Virus record (IMG/VR): IMGVR_UViG_3300020039_000026
Source of the DNA: a virus
Strand: one strand, 5' to 3'
Length of the DNA stretch: 64,000 nucleotides
Below are positions 9,885 to 16,649 of the stretch, one piece after another. Under the pieces are notes generated by a model. It was given only the letters and a program-made list of their open reading frames with translations. It was not told the origin of the DNA and ran no database searches. Both the position numbers and the translations under genes were made by a program. Position 1 is the stretch's first letter. Each line of letters starts with the position of its first letter.

Positions 9885-10556
9885 ATGGACCTGAGTAAAT
9901 CCTACGATTTTTTCAAACCTGAAATGTTACAGGGACGGGTTCATATCATCGGCTGTGGGGCGATCGGCTCCACAGTCGCTGAAAACCTGTGTCGCTTTGG
10001 TGTAACCAAAATGACCCTGTACGATTTCGACATTGTCGAACCTAAAAACATCGCAAACCAGATGTTTACGTCCGAGGATATTGGCAAGAAAAAGGTTCGT
10101 GCGGTTGCCGAGTATCTTCGGAAAATCAACCCTGAAATCGTTGATGACCTTCGCGTTTGTGAAAATGGTTATACCGATCAGCGGCTTTCTGGATATATCT
10201 TCCTGTGCGTCGATAACATTGATCTTCGCCGGAAGATCGCGGAGTCCTGCCGTGGAAATCCCTTTGTGAAGGGCATGTTCGATTTCCGGATGAGGCTCAC
10301 AGACGCGCAGCACTATGCGGCGGACTGGAGTGACGAGGGAATGATTCAGGCTTTCTTGAACAGCATGGCCTTTTCCCATGAGGAAGCCAAAGAGGAAACG
10401 CCCGTTTCTGCCTGCAATATCACCCTTAGTGTCTGTACCACGGTTCGTTCGGTTGTAGCGGCCGGTGTATCCAACTTCGTAAATTTCGTCAAGGGTCAGG
10501 GAATCAAAAAAATGATCCTTTGCGATTCCTTCTCGTTTGGCCTGGATGCTTTTTAA
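9885..10556 (+). CDS. Minimal E1-like ThiF/MoeB-family adenylyltransferase domain protein
   Basis: Rossmann motif HIIGCGAIGS, then LYDFDIVEPKNIANQ (E1/MoeB DxDxVExSNLNRQ-like), GKKKVRAVAEYLRKINPEI (MoeB INPxI motif) and LCVDNIDLRRKI (DCxDN-like). 223 aa with no CxxC zinc motif. AAGGAGG RBS. Confidence 0.65.
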   Translation: MDLSKSYDFFKPEMLQGRVHIIGCGAIGSTVAENLCRFGVTKMTLYDFDIVEPKNIANQMFTSEDIGKKKVRAVAEYLRKINPEIVDDLRVCENGYTDQRLSGYIFLCVDNIDLRRKIAESCRGNPFVKGMFDFRMRLTDAQHYAADWSDEGMIQAFLNSMAFSHEEAKEETPVSACNITLSVCTTVRSVVAAGVSNFVNFVKGQGIKKMILCDSFSFGLDAF

Positions 10557-10572
10557 TCGATGAGGTGAGTAT

Positions 10573-11334
10573 ATGAAACTGAAAGAACTGCCGGTTGGAA
10601 ATCAAGTAGTTTTCGGCAGCTATGCCATGGATGGAAGTCATACATCCAAGGAATTGATTTGGACGAAGGTCACAGAAGACGGAAAATGCGTGTTAAAGCC
10701 AGATCAATTGAGCGGAAAGTTCGATTATCCGGAGCGTGGCGACGTTAATCGTGACCGCAAGGCGCATGGTTATAATTACTTCCCGATGGCAAACGTATTT
10801 CAGTTCATAAACTCGCCTGAAACTCAGTGGTTTCATCCGATGCATGAAGGCGACCGCGCTGGATACGATGCCAATCGCTGGGGTTTCCTGGCCTCATTCA
10901 CATCGGATGAAATCCGGCAGCTTCTTCCGCACGAAATCGAAATTGGCGTACCGGAAGGCTCCAGGAAGCAGCATGGCCGAAAAAACAAGCTGAAGTGTCT
11001 GGTTTCGCTCCCGTCGGCATCTCAATACCAGGAGACGGTCGATGATTATCTCCAGTGTGAGGGGGAGGTCATTCCTCTCCTGCAAAGAGACGGTGTTTTC
11101 CGTGGCTGGACGAGGAGCGGTGTTCTCGATTCGTGCCATGCATATGTGGCCAAATACGGATGGCTGGATGCATATCATTGTGATAATTCATTCACTATTT
11201 GCCCCATGGTCGTAATCAATCCTGAAAGCGAATTGACCCTTGATCCGGAAACCGGGCGTTATTACGTGAACATTCAATCGCAAGAAGAAGCGAGAATCAT
11301 GACTGATGATTTTCTCAATATGATTTTGAAATAA
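10573..11334 (+). CDS. Hypothetical protein, paralog of 5376-6149
   Basis: 253-aa ORF with GAGGTGAG RBS. Shared motifs with the paralog (FRGWTRSG vs RLWWLRSP; AYHCDN vs YAYHVR). Confidence 0.5.
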   Translation: MKLKELPVGNQVVFGSYAMDGSHTSKELIWTKVTEDGKCVLKPDQLSGKFDYPERGDVNRDRKAHGYNYFPMANVFQFINSPETQWFHPMHEGDRAGYDANRWGFLASFTSDEIRQLLPHEIEIGVPEGSRKQHGRKNKLKCLVSLPSASQYQETVDDYLQCEGEVIPLLQRDGVFRGWTRSGVLDSCHAYVAKYGWLDAYHCDNSFTICPMVVINPESELTLDPETGRYYVNIQSQEEARIMTDDFLNMILK

Positions 11335-11336
11335 AA

Positions 11337-11696
11337 TACTGCAATGCATAACCCGTTCTTTGAACGTGTGCTTTGTGCGTTACGCCAAAGTATCAAGATG
11401 CTGGAAAGAAGGATGACCGACCGCACTGGCAGCCGAAAGCACACCCTGAAGGCGCCATCCCCGGCAGGGTCTAATACCCAACCGACAGCAAACGTCGATC
11501 CCGGGATCCTACCATGCAACGATTTCACATGTACAACCTGGCAGCCCAATACAGCCATACGGAACATGCGAAAATCGTAAAATAAAATGCAATCGTCCGA
11601 AGACCGGCGCGTCGCCTCCAGGACAACCCAGATGACGACATCTCTACGATCGGACTCCTCTTCAGCAAGATCACCACAGGTACTCAGATTGCAGTA
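11337..11696 (+). ncRNA. Candidate retron msr/msd noncoding RNA. A 360-nt region bounded by inverted repeats a1 TACTGCAAT (11337-11345) and a2 ATTGCAGTA (11688-11696), ending 17 nt before the RT start.
   Basis: Perfect 9-bp inverted repeat (12 bp with one bulge) flanks the whole intergenic region, which is the retron a1/a2 layout. The interior is A/C-rich with a GATCCCGGGATC palindrome. No credible ORF. Confidence 0.4.
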
Positions 11697-11713
11697 ATTG
11701 GAGATGAATCAAA

Positions 11714-12856
11714 ATGCCTTATATCACGGTAAGACAGCCTCCTCCCACACAACAGATTACATTCGATGATCTGTTTCTTTCGCCAAACGCCATTCCAAAT
11801 CTCCCGATGGCGGTAAAGCGGGATATGTCAGGTACGATCACGAGGTTCGTGAAGTGCCCTAAAAAGGAATTAGTCGAGAGAATCAACGTTCAGTCGCTTA
11901 TTGATGCTCTGGAAATTTTCAATACGAAATACGGTCAGCTTCATGCGGCAAAACGGCAGGATCTTTACCATACTTTCTATATCCCGAAGCACTCCGGCGG
12001 TTTAAGAAAAATCGACGAACCCAACGAAGAACTGATGTCTGCTCTCAGGGAGCTAAAGTCCATCTTTGAAAATAAAATGGGAGCTTTATATCATACGTCG
12101 GCGTTCGCCTATGTCCCTGGTCGTTCCACCGTGGACGCAATCAAGCGCCACCAAGCAAATGAGAGCAGGTGGTTCTTAAAAACGGATTTCTCCAATTTCT
12201 TCGGCTCTACAACCGAAGAATTTTTATTTGAGTCCACTTCTCTTATCTTTCCGTTCAGCGAAATGGTCAGGTACACGAATGGCCGGGTTCAGCTAAGGCT
12301 CGCCCTGTCCCTCTGCATGTTGAACGGCGGCTTGCCCCAGGGTACGCCCATTTCACCAATGCTCACCAATCTGATGATGATCCCGATTGATCACAGGATC
12401 TTCAACGAGCTTTCCAAGGAGGGTTTCGTATATACCAGGTACGCTGATGACATTCAGCTTTCCCATAAATTCGAGTTCGATTATAAAGGGAAGGTCGATT
12501 ACATCAATACCGTCGTCAAGAGCTTCAGAGGGCCGTTTGAAATAAAGCCTGAGAAAACGCGGTATGGTTCTTCCTCCGGACGAAACTGGAACTTGGGTTT
12601 GATGCTGAATAAGGACAACGATATAACTGTCGGATATCAGCGCAAGAAGCAATTCAAGGCCATGACGAATAACTTTATCGTGGATTATCTGAATCACACG
12701 CCATGGCCGAAGGAAGATGTCCAGCATTTGAACGGTCTCAAAAGCTACTACCTTATGGTCGAGCCTGAATACTTCAAGTATATGCTCAGCCATCTTGAAC
12801 AAAAGTACAGCATTGATTTTGAAACTATGATGAAAGCGGCCTTAAACGCGGAGTGA
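11714..12856 (+). CDS. Reverse transcriptase, retron-type by motifs
   Basis: RT motifs: FYIPKHSGGLRKI (motif 2), AYVPGRSTVDAIKRH, KTDFSNFFGS (motif A), LPQGTPISPMLTNLMM (motif B-prime), VYTRYADDIQLS (motif C, YADD). 380 aa, retron-sized. GGAGATG RBS. Confidence 0.75.
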   Translation: MPYITVRQPPPTQQITFDDLFLSPNAIPNLPMAVKRDMSGTITRFVKCPKKELVERINVQSLIDALEIFNTKYGQLHAAKRQDLYHTFYIPKHSGGLRKIDEPNEELMSALRELKSIFENKMGALYHTSAFAYVPGRSTVDAIKRHQANESRWFLKTDFSNFFGSTTEEFLFESTSLIFPFSEMVRYTNGRVQLRLALSLCMLNGGLPQGTPISPMLTNLMMIPIDHRIFNELSKEGFVYTRYADDIQLSHKFEFDYKGKVDYINTVVKSFRGPFEIKPEKTRYGSSSGRNWNLGLMLNKDNDITVGYQRKKQFKAMTNNFIVDYLNHTPWPKEDVQHLNGLKSYYLMVEPEYFKYMLSHLEQKYSIDFETMMKAALNAE

Positions 12857-12865
12857 GGTGATTTC

Positions 12866-12973
12866 ATGCGAAGCGGATATTATGTAGGTTACGGTTACAA
12901 GGGTCTCGTTCGCGGCGTTTGGATGCTGTTCGCAACGGAACAGGAGTATATCGAGTACCTCCAAAACGACTAA
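12866..12973 (+). CDS. Small Tyr/Gly-rich ORF (35 aa) immediately after the RT
   Basis: ATG preceded by GAGGTGA RBS. Short, so uncertain. Confidence 0.25.
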   Translation: MRSGYYVGYGYKGLVRGVWMLFATEQEYIEYLQND

Positions 12974-12991
12974 ATCGAAGGAGGCCGCATC

Positions 12992-13747
12992 ATGAAGCCG
13001 CATAAATACAAGCCGATCTGCAAGGCTGGAGCGATGCTGCTCACAGAAGCCATCCTTTGGCAAGCTGGCCTTGATTGGCGAGAAAGTGACAGAATCCTCC
13101 AGCACAAAAATCGAAAGGACTTGCTGAGGCTGAAAAAGAACGTGGAGAGATTTTTCCGTTCTCAGTGGTTCGAGGATTTAACAGGGCTGGATGGGCGGGC
13201 GGTATTCCGCGAGCTCAGCGGCGGAAAGGATTTTATGAGCAAACCGTTTTGCACAGGCATGTACGGCGGAAAGTTTATGCCCATGCATAAAGGGCATCTG
13301 TACTGTCTAAAACAGGCATCGCGGCTGTGCGATAAAGTATATCTTATTTGCACGACAGGCGGTACGGACGAAGAAAGAATTGCGGGTGAAATTGAGCGCG
13401 GAGACACGGAGATCGGGGAATATCTTACCCCGGAATTTCGGCTGGAGCAAATCAAGCGTGCGGCCGCTATGCTTGATAACGTCGTCCCGGTCATGGTAGA
13501 TTTATCTTCCTGCCGCGATGAAAATGGCAATGAGGATTGGGATATGGAAACGCCCATTATCCTTGAAGCCTGCGGCGAACCCTTCGATGCCGTTTTTGGC
13601 AGCGAAGAATCCTATGCTCCGTACTTCAACCGGGCATATCCCGGTGCAGAGTACGTTTTGATAGATTGCGACCGGGCAGAGGTTCCTATCAGCGCGACAA
13701 AAGTTCGCGCCATGTCCAAGGACGAAGCGAAAGGATGGATGGTGTAA
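12992..13747 (+). CDS. NadR-type nicotinamide-nucleotide adenylyltransferase (NMNAT domain only) with about 85-aa N-terminal extension
   Basis: GGKFMPMHKGHLYCLKQASRLCDKVYLI matches the E. coli NadR NMNAT segment [34 protein letters not shown] matches ISGAQIR. No ribosylnicotinamide kinase domain. GAAGGAGG RBS. Confidence 0.65.
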   Translation: MKPHKYKPICKAGAMLLTEAILWQAGLDWRESDRILQHKNRKDLLRLKKNVERFFRSQWFEDLTGLDGRAVFRELSGGKDFMSKPFCTGMYGGKFMPMHKGHLYCLKQASRLCDKVYLICTTGGTDEERIAGEIERGDTEIGEYLTPEFRLEQIKRAAAMLDNVVPVMVDLSSCRDENGNEDWDMETPIILEACGEPFDAVFGSEESYAPYFNRAYPGAEYVLIDCDRAEVPISATKVRAMSKDEAKGWMV

Positions 13748-14467
13748 GTGTTTCATCTGGATTTCAAAAGAAGTTTCAAAAGCCTGAAATGGTACGAATG
13801 GGTCATGGCGATCATTATGATTGCCATTGCAGCTTGGGCGATGGTCTCCGCGTTCATCCATCCCAGTCCCAACGGGAACCCCGCCTGGTTGACCGTAATC
13901 AACTTCGTTAGCGCAGTGTGCGGGGTGATCTGCATCTTCTTCTGCGCTAAGGCAAACATCGGCAACTACATATTCGGCATCATCAACACGGTCGTATATG
14001 CCATTTACCTGATGTACTGGAAGATATACGGCACTTTCTTCCTGGAGGTTCTGTACTACCTGCCCACCAATATTGCCGGATGGTATCTCTGGACATGCTA
14101 TCGCGATTCCGATGATAGGAATATTACCATGTCCAAAAAATTGACGCCGAAACAAAACGCAATCGTTGCATTGTTCGTTGCTGCGACAACGGTGTTATAC
14201 CATGCAATTCTCGTTGCTGTGGGCGGCAATGTTGCCTGGTTGGATGCGGCCACCGTTGCCATCGGCCTTGTAGCCACATTCCTGCAAATGAAGCGATACA
14301 GAGAACAGTATGTATGGTGGCTTATCACAGACGTGGTTGCTGTCGCCATGTATATTGTTCATTTCGATCCCGTGTATCTCACGAAGAAATCAATCTATCT
14401 GATTATGGCGATTATCGGCTTAATTAACTGGGTTAAACTCAGCCAGAAAAATGTCGCCAACGAATAA
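13748..14467 (+). CDS. pnuC: PnuC-family nicotinamide riboside transporter
   Basis: 239 aa, about 7 predicted TM helices, PnuC-like aromatic-rich pattern (WYLW, NxxxW). Classic pnuC-nadR adjacency. Confidence 0.6.
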   Translation: MFHLDFKRSFKSLKWYEWVMAIIMIAIAAWAMVSAFIHPSPNGNPAWLTVINFVSAVCGVICIFFCAKANIGNYIFGIINTVVYAIYLMYWKIYGTFFLEVLYYLPTNIAGWYLWTCYRDSDDRNITMSKKLTPKQNAIVALFVAATTVLYHAILVAVGGNVAWLDAATVAIGLVATFLQMKRYREQYVWWLITDVVAVAMYIVHFDPVYLTKKSIYLIMAIIGLINWVKLSQKNVANE

Positions 14468-14761
14468 AGGATGAGCAGAAATGAGTCGGCAAGAACAGCA
14501 ATTTCAGACAGGGGATAAAGTTCTTGTTACGGAACGTATCCGTCCATGCAATGAATGCTATGAGTTTCTTGTCGGAGAACTTATACAGTAAGCGGTGTCG
14601 TTTTGCATCACGATCGCTACTACTATAAATTCCGTGATAATCCCACAGGAAATCGATCATTTGCTATTCTGGAACACTGTCTTGAACTTGTCGATGAAAC
14701 GCCCGTACCCAGTGAGATTCTTGCCGACTCTTTCTGTGATTTGATCTTCGGAGGTGATTAA

Positions 14762-15079
14762 ATGGATTTTTGTGTTGGTGATCGCGTTCGCTTTAAGGAT
14801 CTTGAAACGATCAAAGATCTTGAGGCGCATGAGAAAATTCGCTATGGCTGGCATCCACGTATGAATCCTCTTTGCGGCATGGAGTTCACGATCAGCAAAA
14901 TAGATCAAGACGGTGAAATCCATTTTAAAGAAGACGCGCCAGAACTGCACTGTAATATTATTGCATGGAAAGACCACTGGAATATATCAGAAGATATGAT
15001 CGAATATGTCGATAAAAATCCAGGAGCGGCAGACGAAATCATTGCCGACAATCATTTCTTTGATATGTTGCTGGTATAA
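14762..15079 (+). CDS. Hypothetical protein
   Basis: 105-aa ORF with GGAGGTGA RBS. Confidence 0.45.
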   Translation: MDFCVGDRVRFKDLETIKDLEAHEKIRYGWHPRMNPLCGMEFTISKIDQDGEIHFKEDAPELHCNIIAWKDHWNISEDMIEYVDKNPGAADEIIADNHFFDMLLV

Positions 15080-15082
15080 CTT

Positions 15083-15159
15083 CTGGGTGTAGCGAAGCTT
15101 GGTATCGCGCTTGATTTGGGATCAAGAGATCGCGGGTTCAAGTCCCACCACCCAGACCA
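15083..15159 (+). tRNA. tRNA-Pro (anticodon TGG), CCA encoded
   Basis: Acceptor CTGGGTG/CACCCAG, D-stem GCGA/TCGC, anticodon stem CTTGA/TCAAG with loop TTTGGGA, T-arm GCGGG-TTCAAGT-CCCAC (one C-A mismatch), ACCA end. Confidence 0.7.
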
Positions 15160-15556
15160 TTGGAAAGCGCATCTTTCCAATCTGTATGAAAGACTACCGT
15201 GAGCGGAGGACGCAGCGGATAGGCACCATGATGTCACGTCTTTTGTATAGAAAACGAATCAAAATACGATATATGATAGGCGTAGGCTACTGCGGCTTTA
15301 TTAAGAAGAAACGGATGCTACCCTGATGCGCGGGGAGCGGCAGTGAAAAGTTCCGTGTCGCATGATGATTCCTGGTTACATATGTAGATTGGGTGGTACG
15401 CGAGATCATCCAGGGCGAAGAAGCTGAAGTTCGTTCCGGATAGAAGAAACTGAGCATACGAGGAGCGGTCCGGAGAGGGTATGGAGAACCTCTGATATAA
15501 GTTCTGCCATGCGTTGTAGTTTGCTTGGTTTCGCCAGGATTCATCATGCAATGTGA

Positions 15557-15629
15557 GGGGCCGTAGCTCAATCGGCAGAGCGCCTGCTTTGCAAGCAGGA
15601 GGTAAGGGGATCGTAACCCCTCGGCTCCA
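15557..15629 (+). tRNA. tRNA-Ala (anticodon TGC) with non-canonical T-loop ATCGTAA
   Basis: Acceptor GGGGCCG/CGGCTCC (G3-U70 pair typical of tRNA-Ala), D-stem GCTC/GAGC, anticodon loop TTTGCAA, T-arm AGGGG-ATCGTAA-CCCCT. No CCA encoded. Confidence 0.6.
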
Positions 15630-15659
15630 TTCCTATTTGACTGTTCCGGAGGTTTTCCC

Positions 15660-15833
15660 ATGGCTGAATCGCAAGAGTATACGATCGTGTTTACGCCGGA
15701 TTGCTTTCACCCGGATATCAAAATCACCATTGCAGTACCGGCCGACCATGACGCGGAAGAATACATCGACCAGTATCTGGAATCCATTCTAAATAATAAT
15801 ATCCTGTATAACTGCGAATGGTCGTTTGCTTAA
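15660..15833 (+). CDS. Small hypothetical protein (57 aa)
   Basis: ATG ORF below the ORF-track size cutoff. Plausible acidic small protein between tRNAs. Confidence 0.3.
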   Translation: MAESQEYTIVFTPDCFHPDIKITIAVPADHDAEEYIDQYLESILNNNILYNCEWSFA

Positions 15834-15919
15834 TTGACCGCTTCAACATTTTGGGATATCAAACGTAATAAACACGTTACCTGCTGGATGCCGCTTCCCG
15901 AACATCCGAAGGAGAAAAC

Positions 15920-16105
15920 ATGAAGTGCAAAGACTGTAAATACTGGCAGATGGAAGATGAACCACCCGGCATCTCAGAGTTTATGGAATGTACACGCATT
16001 GACGAAAACGACCCTGACTGGTGGAAGAAGTGGCATTTTCGCGGGCCGGAAGATTCATGCGAATACGGGGAAAAGAAAGGAAGTTGGCAATCGCCCTTTG
16101 GATAG
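15920..16105 (+). CDS. Small Cys-rich protein
   Basis: 61 aa with GGAGAAAACATG RBS. CKDCKYW...C...C pattern suggests a zinc-binding fold. Confidence 0.35.
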   Translation: MKCKDCKYWQMEDEPPGISEFMECTRIDENDPDWWKKWHFRGPEDSCEYGEKKGSWQSPFG

Positions 16106-16162
16106 AGCCCTGTGTGAAATCCTCCGCATAGTGCAGAATGCTTTTCAGTTACGCAGCTCTAT

Positions 16163-16247
16163 GTCCCTGTGGTGGAATTGGCAGACGCGGGGGAATTAAA
16201 ATCCCTCGTCTTCGGACGTGTGAGTTCAAATCTCACCAGGGACACCA
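16163..16247 (+). tRNA. tRNA-Leu (anticodon TAA), class II with long variable arm, CCA encoded
   Basis: Acceptor GTCCCTG/CAGGGAC, D-arm GTGGTGGAATTGGCAGACGC (Leu-like), anticodon loop ATTAAAA, variable hairpin CGTC-TTCG-GACG, T-arm GTGAG-TTCAAAT-CTCAC, ACCA. Confidence 0.7.
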
Positions 16248-16249
16248 AA

Positions 16250-16570
16250 GGAATAACTGAAAAACGGGTTGGGAGGAAACAAGCTTTATTCTCGCTGCCA
16301 CCCAAAGGCAGAGAAGCAGATGGCGTACTGCACCCGTCACATAGCGTAGGTTATTCCATCCTGATGTATCCCGGCGAACAGGCCAAAAGCCGGGTGGTGG
16401 AGTGGACCCAGAGGGACGACGCGTGGGGGTGGTATCCTACGCAAATAAACCGCCAGCACAACGACTCCCTGTAGCTGGTAAACCAAAAGGCAGGCGTTTT
16501 CGTGGAGGGATACCGTAGAAGCGGAACGCAGAAGGCCAATGGTATGGGATTTACATTCATGCGGTTTGCC
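16250..16570 (+). ncRNA. Structured noncoding region with a conserved hairpin motif (16362-16398) and nested inverted repeats
   Basis: No ORF. GGAATAAC (16251) pairs with GTTATTCC (16349). GCGTAGG (16342) pairs with CCTACGC (16439). Motif TGATGTATCCCGGCGAACAGGCCAAAAGCCGGGTGGT recurs at 16652 with compensatory stem changes. Confidence 0.35.
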
Positions 16571-16575
16571 CATAA

Positions 16576-16648
16576 GGCTCCTTAGCTCAATCTGCAGAGT
16601 ATCTGACGATTAATCAGTATGATGTTGGTTCAAATCCAGCAGGAGCCA
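16576..16648 (+). tRNA. tRNA-like gene with non-canonical anticodon loop CGATTAA (G at position 33, nominal anticodon ATT). Identity unassigned.
   Basis: Perfect 7-bp acceptor GGCTCCT/AGGAGCC, D-arm GCTC-AATCTGCA-GAGT, T-arm GTTGG-TTCAAAT-CCAGC, 73 nt. Anticodon stem TCTGA/TCAGT has a terminal T-T mismatch and the loop lacks U33. Confidence 0.4.
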
Positions 16649-16649
16649 G

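Noticed and set aside
5990-12856. Diversity-generating retroelement (DGR) interpretation of the RT, with the C-terminal WWLRSPY...YAYHVRLV regions of 5376-6149 and 10573-11334 as variable repeats
   Set aside because: The two C-terminal regions differ at many non-adenine positions (for example TGG ACG AGG AGC GGT versus TGG TTG CGG AGT CCG), so they are diverged paralogs rather than a template/variable repeat pair. No template repeat matching either was found near the RT, and no Avd-like gene is present. The flanking a1/a2 inverted repeat fits a retron better.
15083-15159. Phage tRNA-Pro itself as the attachment core
   Set aside because: Its T-arm (GCGGG-TTCAAGT-CCCAC) differs from the att-site fragment (GCGAG-TTCAAAT-CTCTC). 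Only the last 12 nt (CCACCCAGACCA) are identical, so the att core derives from a different (host) tRNA-Pro.
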